The notes under the pieces were generated by a model that had not been told where the DNA came from, searched no databases, and was given only the letters and a program-made list of their open reading frames with translations. A stretch of 50,800 bases of DNA from a virus (lineage: Duplodnaviria; Heunggongvirae; Uroviricota; Caudoviricetes), in IMG/VR virus record IMGVR_UViG_2563366874_000012; one strand, written 5' to 3'. The translations under genes and the position numbers were made by a program. Below are positions 19,284 to 29,075 of this stretch, one piece after another (position 1 is the stretch's first letter; each line of letters begins with the position of its first letter).

Positions 19284-19512
19284 CTGTTCTCCAATGACTA
19301 GTCTAAAAACTAGTATTAAGACTATCACTTATTTAAGTGATATTGGTTGTCTGGAGATTCAGGGGGCCAGTCTAGCGCTTGAGTATGTCGGATGGCCTAA
19401 ATCACTTTCTGTTGCCATTGGTGGTGGGGTGGGGCTGATTGGTGTTGATGCTATTCGTGGTGCGGCAATGAGGGTCATCGGTAACAAGTTCGGTGCCCAT
19501 AAGGAGTAATTA

Positions 19513-19989
19513 ATGCAGACACTTAATTCCCAGCGTAAAGCTTTCCTTGATATGGTGGCATGGTCAGAAGGAACAGATAACGGACGGCAGAAAACCAGAA
19601 ATCACGGTTATGATGTTATTGTCGGTGGCGAACTGTTCACTGATTACTCCGATCACCCCCGCAAACTTGTCACGCTAAATCCGAAACTCAAATCAACAGC
19701 CGCTGGACGTTACCAGCTTCTTTCACGCTGGTGGGATGCCTACCGCAAGCAACTTGGCCTGAAAGATTTTTCTCCAGAAAGTCAGGATGCTGTAGCGCTG
19801 CAGCAGATTAAAGAGCGTGGCGCTTTGCCGATGATTGATCGCGGTGATATCCGTCAGGCTATCGACCGTTGCAGCAATATATGGGCTTCACTGCCGGGCG
19901 CTGGTTATGGTCAGTTCGAGCATAAGGCTGACAGTCTGATTGCAAAATTCAAAGAAGCTGGCGGAACGGTCAGAGAGATTGAGGTATGA
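19513..19989 (+). CDS. Endolysin, lambda R-type lytic transglycosylase
   Basis: 158-aa [56 protein letters not shown]..., near-identical by eye to lambda R; AAGGAG SD. Confidence 0.9.
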   Translation: MQTLNSQRKAFLDMVAWSEGTDNGRQKTRNHGYDVIVGGELFTDYSDHPRKLVTLNPKLKSTAAGRYQLLSRWWDAYRKQLGLKDFSPESQDAVALQQIKERGALPMIDRGDIRQAIDRCSNIWASLPGAGYGQFEHKADSLIAKFKEAGGTVREIEV

Positions 19990-20450
19990 GCAGAGTAACC
20001 GCGATTATCTCCGCTCTGGTTATCTGCATCGTCGTCTGCCTGTCATGGGGTGTTAATCATTACCGTGATAACGCCATCGCCTACAAAGAACAGCGCGACA
20101 AAAATGCCAGAGAACTGAAGCTGGCGAACGCGGCAATTACTGACATGCAGATGCGTCAGCGTGATGTTGCTGCGCTCGATGCAAAATACACGAAGGAGTT
20201 AGCTGATGCGAAAGCTGAAAATGATGCTCTGCGTGATGATGTTGCCGCTGGTCGTCGTCGGTTGCACATCAAAGCAGTCTGTCAGTCAGTGCGTGAAGCC
20301 ACCACCGCCTCCGGCGTGGATAATGCAGCCTCCCCCCGACTGGCAGACACCGCTGAACGGGATTATTTCACCCTCCGGGAACGACTGGTAATGATGCAGG
20401 CCCAACTTGAAGGTGCTCAGCAATACATAACCGAGCAGTGTTTAAAGTAA
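19986..20450 (+). CDS. Rz inner-membrane spanin
   Basis: 154-aa [48 protein letters not shown]...; start overlaps R stop (ATGA). Confidence 0.85.
   Translation: MSRVTAIISALVICIVVCLSWGVNHYRDNAIAYKEQRDKNARELKLANAAITDMQMRQRDVAALDAKYTKELADAKAENDALRDDVAAGRRRLHIKAVCQSVREATTASGVDNAASPRLADTAERDYFTLRERLVMMQAQLEGAQQYITEQCLK
20206..20391 (+). CDS. Rz1 outer-membrane lipoprotein spanin, embedded in Rz in the +1 frame
   Basis: 61-aa [64 protein letters not shown] with lipobox LVVVGC and Pro-rich core. Confidence 0.8.
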   Translation: MRKLKMMLCVMMLPLVVVGCTSKQSVSQCVKPPPPPAWIMQPPPDWQTPLNGIISPSGNDW

Positions 20451-20587
20451 AATCTTAACTACAATATGATTCATTTTGATGATTGTTTCATAAGGAACAG
20501 TGAAGTAAGATCTAAGAGGAGTTAAATTTTATACAGTATAATCATAATATTGCAGCAAGGTGGTTATAATTGAAAGAATATTTAGAT

Positions 20588-22045
20588 ATGAATACATCTC
20601 ATGTAAGAGTTGTTACTCATATGTGTGGGTTCCTGGTTTGGCTCTATAGTCTTTCAATGTTGCCACCAATGGTTGTAGCATTGTTTTATAAAGAAAAAAG
20701 CCTGTTCGTTTTCTTTATAACTTTCGTTATATTTTTTTGCATTGGTGGCGGAGCGTGGTATACAACTAAGAAATCTGGCATTCAATTACGTACCCGTGAT
20801 GGGTTTATTATAATTGTAATGTTTTGGATTTTGTTTTCTGTTATTAGTGCATTCCCTTTATGGATTGACTCAGAACTTAATTTAACGTTCATTGATGCTC
20901 TGTTTGAAGGGGTTTCTGGAATAACAACAACAGGAGCAACTGTAATTGATGATGTTAGTTCATTACCTCGGGCATATTTGTACTATCGGTCACAGTTAAA
21001 TTTTATAGGTGGTTTAGGAGTTATTGTTCTGGCGGTTGCTGTATTGCCATTATTGGGTATTGGTGGTGCAAAGCTTTATCAGTCAGAAATGCCGGGGCCA
21101 TTTAAGGATGACAAACTCACTCCCCGCCTGGCCGATACGTCACGGACACTGTGGATAACTTATTCTTTATTAGGTATTGCTTGTATTGTCTGTTATAGAC
21201 TTGCAGGAATGCCTTTGTTTGATGCTATTTGTCACGGGATTTCCACAGTTTCGCTTGGTGGTTTCTCAACTCATAGCGAGAGTATCGGATATTTTAATAA
21301 CTATTTGGTTGAGCTGGTGGCTGGTTCTTTTTCCCTGCTATCGGCTTTCAACTTCACTCTTTGGTATATTGTTATTAGCAGGAAAACGATAAAACCTTTA
21401 ATCAGAGATATTGAACTTCGTTTCTTTCTGTTAATAGCCTTAGGGGTGATCATTGTTACCTCTTTCCAGGTCTGGCATATAGGTATGTATGACTTGCATG
21501 GAAGTTTTATTCATTCGTTTTTTCTTGCCAGCTCCATGCTCACTGATAATGGTTTAGCTACGCAGGATTATGCAAGTTGGCCCACGCACACGATAGTGTT
21601 TTTGCTGTTGTCAAGTTTCTTTGGGGGATGTATAGGTTCAACTTGTGGTGGAATTAAGTCACTTCGATTTCTTATACTTTTCAAACAAAGCAAACACGAG
21701 ATAAATCAGCTTTCTCATCCCAGAGCGTTGTTGAGTGTAAATGTAGGAGGGAAGATAGTTACAGATCGTGTAATGAGGTCTGTATGGAGTTTCTTTTTTC
21801 TTTATACTCTCTTCACGGTGTTTTTTATACTGGTGTTAAATGGTATGGGATATGATTTTCTTACATCATTTGCAACAGTGGCTGCATGTATTAATAATAT
21901 GGGATTAGGTTTTGGGGCTACTGCATCGTCATTCGGAGTGCTTAATGACATTGCAAAATGTTTAATGTGCATAGCTATGATTCTTGGTCGCCTTGAAATT
22001 TATCCTGTTATTATATTGTTTTCAGGTTTTTTTTGGCGCTCCTAA
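20588..22045 (+). CDS. trkG: TrkG potassium uptake membrane protein (Rac-encoded TrkH paralogue)
   Basis: 485-aa polytopic membrane protein MNTSHVRVVTHMCGFLVWLYSLSMLPPMVVALFYKEKS... with repeated TrkH-type pore segments; AT-rich; TATAAT at 20537-20542 upstream. Confidence 0.9.
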   Translation: MNTSHVRVVTHMCGFLVWLYSLSMLPPMVVALFYKEKSLFVFFITFVIFFCIGGGAWYTTKKSGIQLRTRDGFIIIVMFWILFSVISAFPLWIDSELNLTFIDALFEGVSGITTTGATVIDDVSSLPRAYLYYRSQLNFIGGLGVIVLAVAVLPLLGIGGAKLYQSEMPGPFKDDKLTPRLADTSRTLWITYSLLGIACIVCYRLAGMPLFDAICHGISTVSLGGFSTHSESIGYFNNYLVELVAGSFSLLSAFNFTLWYIVISRKTIKPLIRDIELRFFLLIALGVIIVTSFQVWHIGMYDLHGSFIHSFFLASSMLTDNGLATQDYASWPTHTIVFLLLSSFFGGCIGSTCGGIKSLRFLILFKQSKHEINQLSHPRALLSVNVGGKIVTDRVMRSVWSFFFLYTLFTVFFILVLNGMGYDFLTSFATVAACINNMGLGFGATASSFGVLNDIAKCLMCIAMILGRLEIYPVIILFSGFFWRS

Positions 22046-22182
22046 TATATGGCTGATTTATAATTGTGAGTTTAATATTATGTTGACTCACTCATTGATC
22101 CAATACCTAACTTTACCAGCAACACCTCCGTCCCCAGTAGCACTGGCTGCTGGGGTGCGTTTTATTCATAAAGCAAGGCTGT

Positions 22183-22974
22183 ATGAGCGAGAAATTAAAG
22201 ATAGTCTATCGCCCATTACAAGAATTGTCACCGTATGCGCACAACGCCAGGACGCACAGTACTGAGCAGGTGGCACAACTGGTAGAAAGTATTAAGCAAT
22301 TCGGCTGGACTAATCCGGTGCTGATTGACGAAAAGGGCGAAATTATTGCGGGTCACGGTCGTGTTATGGCGGCTGAAATGCTCAAAATGGATTCTGTTCC
22401 GGTCATTGTTCTGTCTGGCCTGACGGATGAGCAGAAAAAGGCGTACCGCCTGGCAGATAATCGCCTGCCGATGAATGCTGGCTGGGATGAAGATCTGTTG
22501 CGGATGGAGCTGTCGGACCTAATCAATGCTGATTTTGATGTCTCCCTGACAGGCTTCATCCCGACAGAAATTGATGAACTGTTGACGGATGTTTTGCCCG
22601 GTACAGGAAATGAGGAGGAGCCGTATACGACGAAAATTGATACGCCTGTTTATGAGCCGTCGGGCGGTAAACCGGATATCAGTGAACTGTACGACGATAC
22701 GAAAACTCAGGAGCTGATCAGCCGGATACGTTCGGCGTCCCTTGAGCCTGATATTGAGAAATTCCTCCTGTGTGCGGCAGAACGTCACACGGTGTTTAAT
22801 TTCAGCAGAATTGCGGACTATTACGCTCACGCCCCCTCTGAAATTCAGTGTTTTTTCGAGGAGTCGGCGCTGGTGATCATTGATTATCAGCAGGCTATTG
22901 AAAATGGATTTGTCCGGATGACGCAGCGCATGGTGGAGATCATGCATGGTGGTGAGGAGGAGGAATATGCGTGA
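22183..22974 (+). CDS. ynaK: ParB-like nuclease domain protein (YnaK-like)
   Basis: 263-aa ORF MSEKLKIVYRPLQELSPYAHNARTHSTEQVAQLVESIKQFGWTNPVLIDEKGEIIAGHGRVMAA (ParB N-terminal type motif); follows trkG as in Rac. Confidence 0.7.
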   Translation: MSEKLKIVYRPLQELSPYAHNARTHSTEQVAQLVESIKQFGWTNPVLIDEKGEIIAGHGRVMAAEMLKMDSVPVIVLSGLTDEQKKAYRLADNRLPMNAGWDEDLLRMELSDLINADFDVSLTGFIPTEIDELLTDVLPGTGNEEEPYTTKIDTPVYEPSGGKPDISELYDDTKTQELISRIRSASLEPDIEKFLLCAAERHTVFNFSRIADYYAHAPSEIQCFFEESALVIIDYQQAIENGFVRMTQRMVEIMHGGEEEEYA

Positions 22975-23899
22975 TGATTTTTGCGCCTTTATTCTGACTC
23001 ACGGGCGACCGGACAAAGTTCTGACTTACCGGACGTTGCGTCGTGCTGGCTATACCGGGAAAATTTTTATCGTTGTTGATGATGAAGATAAGACACGGCA
23101 TCAGTACATGGCTGAATTTGGTGAACAGGTGCTGGTGTTTTCCAAAGCCGATATCGCCAGTCGTTTTGACGAAGCCGATAATTTCTGTGACCGCCGCTCA
23201 ATTTTTTACGCCCGTAATGCCTGTTTCGACCTGGCAAAACTGGTCGGGTGTAAATACTTCATTCAGCTCGATGATGATTATCACGAGTTCCAGTTTCGGG
23301 TGGATCGCAACTATGACCAGGCCTATTTTCCGATAAGGAAACTGGATGCGATCCTTTCTGAAATGCTGGCGTACTACGAATCAATACCTGCTCTTTCCAT
23401 CGCTATGTCGCAGGGCGGGGATTTTCTTGGTGACAATGGCGGCCATGCTTCGTGGGTGAAACGCAAGGCAATGAACAGCTTTATCTGTTCGGTTGATCGA
23501 CCGTTCTCATTCATGGGGCGCATTAACGAGGATGTGAATACGTACACGAATCTCGGTCGCTGTGGTGAATTGTTTATGACGATCGGTGCTGTCCAGTTAG
23601 GGCAGAAACAGACGCAGAAAAACAGCGGCGGAATGACCGAGCTGTATCTGGATTCCGGAACCTACGTTAAAAGTTTTTACTCCGTCATGTATGCGCCGTC
23701 GTGCGTAAAAATCTCACTGATGGGTGCCAGCCATAAACGCATTCACCATCAGGTCACCTGGAACAACGCTGCAGTAAAAATCCTTCACGAAAAATACAGG
23801 AAGAAGACACCCTGCATATCAATGGGGGTGACAAATGATTCCGTATTCGAAAGTCGAGTCTCTGGCAGCGTGCCGGATGACTGCACAACAAATCGCTGA
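22967..23899 (+). CDS. Hypothetical protein with glycosyltransferase-A-like features (YdaY-like)
   Basis: 310-aa ORF MRDDFCAFILTHGRPDKVLTYRTLRRAGYTGKIFIVVDDEDK...YFIQLDDDYHEF (DxD-like motifs); GAGGAGG SD; overlaps ynaK end by 8 nt; fold assignment is a guess. Confidence 0.5.
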   Translation: MRDDFCAFILTHGRPDKVLTYRTLRRAGYTGKIFIVVDDEDKTRHQYMAEFGEQVLVFSKADIASRFDEADNFCDRRSIFYARNACFDLAKLVGCKYFIQLDDDYHEFQFRVDRNYDQAYFPIRKLDAILSEMLAYYESIPALSIAMSQGGDFLGDNGGHASWVKRKAMNSFICSVDRPFSFMGRINEDVNTYTNLGRCGELFMTIGAVQLGQKQTQKNSGGMTELYLDSGTYVKSFYSVMYAPSCVKISLMGASHKRIHHQVTWNNAAVKILHEKYRKKTPCISMGVTNDSVFESRVSGSVPDDCTTNR

Positions 23900-24086
23900 C
23901 GTTCTGGATGTTGATCTGAACCGACTGAAAGAAAATCGGGAAGCAATGACAGATTTTTATGCGGCCATCCGTAAGGGCAGAGCGAAAGGTGAAGCCGAGT
24001 TACGAGCGGCATTGTTTAAGCTTGCCAGAAAAGGGGATGCCTTTGCTCTGCGCGAACTACTCAGGGTGGATAAAAATCAGGACTAA
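23835..24086 (+). CDS. Small putative DNA-binding protein upstream of the terminase genes
   Basis: 83-aa ORF MIPYSKVESLAACRMTAQQIADVLDVDLNRLKENREAMTDFYAAIRKGRAKGEAELRAALFKLARKGD; GGGGGTG SD; overlaps upstream gene by 65 nt, so start is uncertain. Confidence 0.4.
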   Translation: MIPYSKVESLAACRMTAQQIADVLDVDLNRLKENREAMTDFYAAIRKGRAKGEAELRAALFKLARKGDAFALRELLRVDKNQD

Positions 24087-24089
24087 CTG

Positions 24090-25184
24090 ATGAGCAGACC
24101 GGACTGGGGGGCGTTGCAGCAGGAGTATATTGCTGAATACACCCGCTCCGGTATATCTCCGGTGGCATGGTGTGAAGCAAGGGGACTGAATTACGCAACA
24201 GCCCGTCGTTACATCAAAAAAACTCCGAAAAATGCGCAGACAGAAATGTGCAAAACTGCGCAAAAAAGTGCGCAGAAAAAATCTGCGCAGACTGCACAAA
24301 AGCGGAACGAAAAATCTCAGGAAAAAAAGCCAGTATTCGATGCGGGCCTGAATGAGGGCGACGCGGAGGAATTTTCGTTCTGTCCCGATGAATTCGGCAT
24401 TTCTGACCAGCAGGCTAAGTTTGCGATGCTTGTTGCTCAGGGTAAAAAGCCGACAGAGGCGTACCGACTAGCCGGTTATGAGGGGCAAGGTGCGACAGCT
24501 AATAGCAACGCCAGTCGTATGCTTAGAAATGCCAGGGTTTTTCGCGCTATCAGCTACTTCCGCAATCAGTACCAGAAACGCTATACCGCAGACCTGGATT
24601 TACTAGTGAGTCAGTTGATGGCCATTGTCCTGGCCGACCCCAATCAGCTTGCACAATTTCGCCGTGTTAACTGCCGTTATTGCTGGGGCGAGAATCATCT
24701 CTACCAGTGGCGCGATATAGCAGAATTCGACAAGGCAGCGGCGCAGGCTTCCAGAGATGGCAAACCCGAACCGGAATATGGAGGCCTCGGCTTTGTTGAT
24801 AACGCCATACCCAATCCGGACTGCCCGAAGTGCTGCGGTGAGGGAACGGGACAGCTTTATATGGCTGATACCACTCTGCTTGATGGGGATGCGCGGCAAT
24901 TATATGCAGGGGCAAAATTCGGAAAATTCGGCGTTGAGATCCTGCTGGAGGATAAGGCTGCCGCCCGGCGTGAATTGTTGCGTTTGCTTTCTGCTGGCGG
25001 GGCTTTATGTGCAGATAAGCGGCTACAGGAACTGGAAATTGAACGGCGCAGAATGGAAAACCAGAAGCTGCGCAAAGAGATCGAAACGGTGGAAGATAAT
25101 GAACATCCCCAGCCTGTGGCGATCAATATTAATGTGGTTGATGCCAGAGTAAGGAGTGATGAAGATGATCTCTCCGACGCTTAA
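24090..25184 (+). CDS. Terminase small subunit
   Basis: 364-aa ORF directly upstream of terminase large subunit; segment QQAKFAMLVAQGKKPTEAYRLAGYEGQGATANSNASRMLRN typical of small-terminase HTH. Confidence 0.65.
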   Translation: MSRPDWGALQQEYIAEYTRSGISPVAWCEARGLNYATARRYIKKTPKNAQTEMCKTAQKSAQKKSAQTAQKRNEKSQEKKPVFDAGLNEGDAEEFSFCPDEFGISDQQAKFAMLVAQGKKPTEAYRLAGYEGQGATANSNASRMLRNARVFRAISYFRNQYQKRYTADLDLLVSQLMAIVLADPNQLAQFRRVNCRYCWGENHLYQWRDIAEFDKAAAQASRDGKPEPEYGGLGFVDNAIPNPDCPKCCGEGTGQLYMADTTLLDGDARQLYAGAKFGKFGVEILLEDKAAARRELLRLLSAGGALCADKRLQELEIERRRMENQKLRKEIETVEDNEHPQPVAININVVDARVRSDEDDLSDA

Positions 25185-26466
25185 TGTGCCTCAGGCGCGA
25201 TTTCTTTCAATGCCCCATAAATTTAAAGCCTATATTGCTGGTTTTGGCTCGGGCAAAACATGGGTTGGGTGTGGCGGCATATGCAAGGGGATTTGGGAGC
25301 ATCCAGGTATAAATCAGGGATATTTTGCGCCAACGTATCCCCAAATTCGCGATATTTTTTACCCTACAGTGGAAGAAGTTGCTGATGACTGGGGATTGAA
25401 CGTAAAAATTAATGAGGGAAATAAAGAGGTTCACTTTTATTACGGACGCCAGTATCGGGGAACCACTATCTGCAGATCGATGGAGAAGCCACAAACGATC
25501 GTCGGTTTCAAAATTGGTAATGCGTTGGTGGATGAACTGGACATTTTGCCGAAGGAAAAAGCCAGAACGGCGTGGCGCAAGATAATTGCACGTATGCGTT
25601 ATAAGATTGATGGACTTCGCAACGGTATTGACGTTACAACCACGCCGGAAGGATTCAAATTTGTCTACGAGCAGTTTGTTAAAGCCGTGCGTGAAAAAAC
25701 AGAGCTGGCCTCACTGTATGGTCTGGTGCAGGCATCTACTTTCGATAATGAAAAGAACCTGCCAGCAGATTACATTCCTTCGCTTCTTGAATCATACCCT
25801 CCAGAGCTGATTAAAGCCTATCTTCGAGGACAGTTTACTAACCTGACAAGTGGTACTGTTTACCATCAGTTTGACCGGAAACTGAATAATTGCGAAGAAG
25901 TGGAGCAGCCAGGGGAGCCGATTTATATTGGGATGGATTTTAACGTTGGAAAGATGGCGGGAATCGTCCATGTGCTGCGTTTGGGGCTTCCATGTGCGGT
26001 AACTGAAATCATCAATGCCTACGATACGCCGGATATGATCCGCATCATTAAAGAACGCTTCTGGCTGTATGATGGGAATGATTACCGGAAAGTGAGGGAA
26101 ATTTATATTTATCCAGATGCTTCCGGGGATTCCAGAAAATCAAGTAACGCAAGTACGACGGATATAGCCCAGCTTAAGCAGGCTGGTTTTAACGTTGTGG
26201 TGAACAGCTCGAACCCGCCAGTAAAAGATCGCGTTAACTCAATGAATGCAATGTTCTGCAATGCCAATGGTGAGCGTCGCTATAAAGTTAATGTGAAGCG
26301 TTGCCCGTTATATGCCGAATCTCTGGAGCAACAGGTCTGGGATGAGAAGGGGGAGCCTGATAAAAAATCTGGCAATGATCACCCGAATGATGCCGGAGGT
26401 TATTTCATCGTTAAGCAATTCCCTATTGTCAAACCGACCGGAAGAGTCACATCACTTCGGATTTAA
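25156..26466 (+). CDS. Terminase large subunit (ATPase/nuclease)
   Basis: 436-aa ORF with Walker A YIAGFGSGKTW and Walker B-like VDELD; start may be a few codons downstream. Confidence 0.85.
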   Translation: MMKMISPTLNVPQARFLSMPHKFKAYIAGFGSGKTWVGCGGICKGIWEHPGINQGYFAPTYPQIRDIFYPTVEEVADDWGLNVKINEGNKEVHFYYGRQYRGTTICRSMEKPQTIVGFKIGNALVDELDILPKEKARTAWRKIIARMRYKIDGLRNGIDVTTTPEGFKFVYEQFVKAVREKTELASLYGLVQASTFDNEKNLPADYIPSLLESYPPELIKAYLRGQFTNLTSGTVYHQFDRKLNNCEEVEQPGEPIYIGMDFNVGKMAGIVHVLRLGLPCAVTEIINAYDTPDMIRIIKERFWLYDGNDYRKVREIYIYPDASGDSRKSSNASTTDIAQLKQAGFNVVVNSSNPPVKDRVNSMNAMFCNANGERRYKVNVKRCPLYAESLEQQVWDEKGEPDKKSGNDHPNDAGGYFIVKQFPIVKPTGRVTSLRI

Positions 26467-26468
26467 TT

Positions 26469-27875
26469 ATGGCTGATATATCAACACCCAACCTCGACTA
26501 TAACGATATGCTGGAGGCGTGGGATATTAACGACGCACTGATGGGCGGTACGCTTGAAATGCGCAGGCAGGGGGAAAATTATCTCCCAAAATGGCCTAAC
26601 GAAGATGAAGACGCTTATAAAAAACGCCTGTCTGTGGCTACGCTACTTCCTGTGTATGAAGAAAGCATCAAGCAAAATATTGGGCGCATATTTGCAGAGC
26701 CGACAGTATTGAGTGAGGAAACGCCGGCAAAAATCAGGGAATATGCAGAAAATATCGACATGGAGGGGAGCCGACTGGATGTGTGGGCGCAGCAATTTTT
26801 CAGCCTCGCATTTCAGTATGGTGTGGCACATGCGCTGGTGGACTATCCACGAACGGATATGAAAGAGATTCGGACAAAAGCCGATGAAAACGCGGCCGGT
26901 GGTCGTCCGTACGTTACGATGCTGAATCCACGCCAGGTTATTGGATGGAAATCGAAAGTTGAAAAAGGGAAAGTTGTTCTCACTGATTTGCGTATAAAAG
27001 AGGTCATCATTATTGATGGTGATGATTTCGGGCAGAAGAAGGTGGAGCAGATCCGCCATATTATGCCCCGTCGAGTTGAAATTTATCGACGTAGCGAAGG
27101 CACTAATGGCGAATCTGTCTGGACGCTTCATGAGTCATGGAATACCAGCCGTGATGATATTCCTCTGGTAACACTGTACACGAAGAAAACAGGATTTATG
27201 CGTGGTACACCGCCATTGCTTAATCTTGGCTTGCTGAATATCAAGCACTGGCAAAGCCAGAGCGAGCAGGACAATATTCTTCATGTTGCCCGCGTTCCAT
27301 TGCTGGTGGCCTACGGGCTGGACAGGAATGAAGAACTGACGGTTGGTGCATCCACCGCTACGATTTTTGAGGACAGAACAAAAAATGGCCTCGAATATGT
27401 TGAACATAGTGGCGCAGCGATAGAATCTGGCGAAACATCACTTGAGAAGCTGGAAAATCAGATGCGTCATGCCGGCGCTAAACTTCTGCGTGCTGAAAAT
27501 ACATCCACCAAATCTGTTGATCAGACTAATGAAGAGCGAATGCAGGAAAACTCGCCGCTTTATACAATGGCGAACTCCCTCGAAGATGCCCTCGATAATA
27601 TTCTCCAGATAATGGCGGAATGGATCGGAGAGAGTTGCGGTGGCAATGTGGATGTGCGCACTGAACTGGATGTATCTGCCCAGGTGTTTGACTCATCCTC
27701 CGCGCTGGCTGTTCAGTCATTGCGTCAGGGCGGTGATATACGTCAGATTGATGCGGTTCGGGTGTTGCAGGCGTTGAAATTTATCGATCAGGATTCCCGT
27801 CCAGAGGAAGTGATCGATGAATTAAAAAATCAGAGTGTAATGCTGATGGAAATCAATGATGCAAACCGTGAATGA
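26469..27875 (+). CDS. Portal protein
   Basis: 468-aa ORF immediately after terminase large subunit; size and position typical of a portal. Confidence 0.75.
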   Translation: MADISTPNLDYNDMLEAWDINDALMGGTLEMRRQGENYLPKWPNEDEDAYKKRLSVATLLPVYEESIKQNIGRIFAEPTVLSEETPAKIREYAENIDMEGSRLDVWAQQFFSLAFQYGVAHALVDYPRTDMKEIRTKADENAAGGRPYVTMLNPRQVIGWKSKVEKGKVVLTDLRIKEVIIIDGDDFGQKKVEQIRHIMPRRVEIYRRSEGTNGESVWTLHESWNTSRDDIPLVTLYTKKTGFMRGTPPLLNLGLLNIKHWQSQSEQDNILHVARVPLLVAYGLDRNEELTVGASTATIFEDRTKNGLEYVEHSGAAIESGETSLEKLENQMRHAGAKLLRAENTSTKSVDQTNEERMQENSPLYTMANSLEDALDNILQIMAEWIGESCGGNVDVRTELDVSAQVFDSSSALAVQSLRQGGDIRQIDAVRVLQALKFIDQDSRPEEVIDELKNQSVMLMEINDANRE

Positions 27876-28971
27876 ACGGCTGCGTGATGAATCAATTGCT
27901 CATGCAGTCTGGATATCCCGCTATAGCACTGGCGTGGCTGCCGGAATGGTGAAAATACTGAATGACAGCGATGCGGAACTTACTGCTCGCCTGCTGATAG
28001 CACTGGACAGCCTCGATCCAGGTAGTTTTACCGTTAAGCGCCTGGAGTCACTTCTGGCGAGCGTCAGAGAGGTTAACCGCACTGCTATTAACAGCATGTT
28101 TACCAGTCTCTCCGGAGAGCTGAACGAGCTGGCAATTTATGAGGCTGGTTATCAGTTAAGTCTGTTTGATTCTATGCTACCTGATTTTGTTGCTGATGTT
28201 CACCCTCTGGTTGGTATCTCTCCTGATGCACTTTATGCCGCTGCAATGGCGCGACCATTCCAGGGACGACTGCTCAGTGAGTGGGCCTCAGATCTTGAAG
28301 CGGATCGGCTCAGACGCATAACAAATACAGTGCGTCAGGGTTTTTTGCTGGGGGATACCAATGAGCAGATCGCAAGAAAAATTCGGGGACATGTCAGTAA
28401 GGGATTTCAGGATGGTGCATTGCAGATGAGCCGGGCTAATGCGGCCAGCATTGCAAAAACAGCGGTTGGACATCTTGCTGCTACTGCCCGTGAGAGTTTT
28501 GCCAGCGCGAATAATGATTTGATTAAGGGTAAGCAATGGTTATCAACGCTTGATAATCGTACTACGCCACAATGTCGAATCAGGGATCGCCTCAAATATA
28601 CGCTGAATAATAAACCTGTAGGTCACAGCGTGCCTTATTTGCAGGGGCCGGGAAAAATTCATTTCTGCTGCCGCTCAACGGAAACGTTCATTCTGAAATC
28701 AGCGAAGGAACTGGGTATTGATGTTCGCGATATTTCCCCGGCTGAGCGGGCCAGCATGGATGGCGTGGTGGCCGGAGATACAACCTACAGGGAATGGTTT
28801 TTGCGTCAGCCTTACACCAGACAAAAACAGATTGTGGGGGAAACCCGAGCAAAGCTGATTCGGGATGGTGGTATGTCGCCAGATGAATTTTACACCGATA
28901 AAGGCGAATGGCTGACGCTGAAGCAGCTCCGTGAGCGTGATGCACAGGTATTCAGAAAAGCAGGGATTTAA
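27856..28971 (+). CDS. Head morphogenesis protein (Mu F / SPP1 gp7-like)
   Basis: 371-aa ORF following the portal gene; assignment from position and recalled family features. Confidence 0.6.
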   Translation: MMQTVNERLRDESIAHAVWISRYSTGVAAGMVKILNDSDAELTARLLIALDSLDPGSFTVKRLESLLASVREVNRTAINSMFTSLSGELNELAIYEAGYQLSLFDSMLPDFVADVHPLVGISPDALYAAAMARPFQGRLLSEWASDLEADRLRRITNTVRQGFLLGDTNEQIARKIRGHVSKGFQDGALQMSRANAASIAKTAVGHLAATARESFASANNDLIKGKQWLSTLDNRTTPQCRIRDRLKYTLNNKPVGHSVPYLQGPGKIHFCCRSTETFILKSAKELGIDVRDISPAERASMDGVVAGDTTYREWFLRQPYTRQKQIVGETRAKLIRDGGMSPDEFYTDKGEWLTLKQLRERDAQVFRKAGI

Positions 28972-28990
28972 ATAAATCATTTATTACAAC

Positions 28991-29016
28991 AGGCTACCTT
29001 CGGGTGGCCTTTTTTA
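28991..29016 (+). terminator. Intrinsic terminator-like hairpin (UUCG loop)
   Basis: AGGCTACC-ttcg-GGTGGCCT followed by TTTTTT. Confidence 0.5.
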
Positions 29017-29075
29017 TTGCTGCGATCCGGATGGTGAGCAGCGTAACTGTCGGAAGACTTAAACCAGGTACTAAT

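Larger units (their letters stand above)
18044..19374 (-). mobile_element. IS2 insertion sequence, 1331 bp, flanked by 5-bp direct repeat GCGCT
   Basis: Ends TGGATTTGCCCCTATATTTCCAGACATCTG... (18044) and ...GGAGATTCAGGGGGCCAGTCTA (19374); GCGCT at 18039-18043 and 19375-19379; carries insC and insD. Confidence 0.9.
17832..19509 (+). pseudogene. Class I holin gene (lambda S-like, dual-start MKM motif) interrupted by IS2
   Basis: N-terminal part 17832-18043 (MKMHNAPHSWPDLLELLQSWWRGDTPLGAVVMSIIMAGLRIAYFGGGGGWKRKTLEILLCGALTLTFASA) and C-terminal part 19375-19509 (LEYVGWPKSLSVAIGGGVGLIGVDAIRGAAMRVIGNKFGAHKE*) are in frame once IS2 plus one 5-bp duplicate are removed. Confidence 0.7.

Noticed and set aside
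29004-29075. Upstream extension of the scaffold ORF to 29004
   Set aside because: The extension overlaps the terminator hairpin at 28991-29016 and lacks a ribosome-binding site. The ATG at 29076 (MKLKTV...) is the more plausible start.
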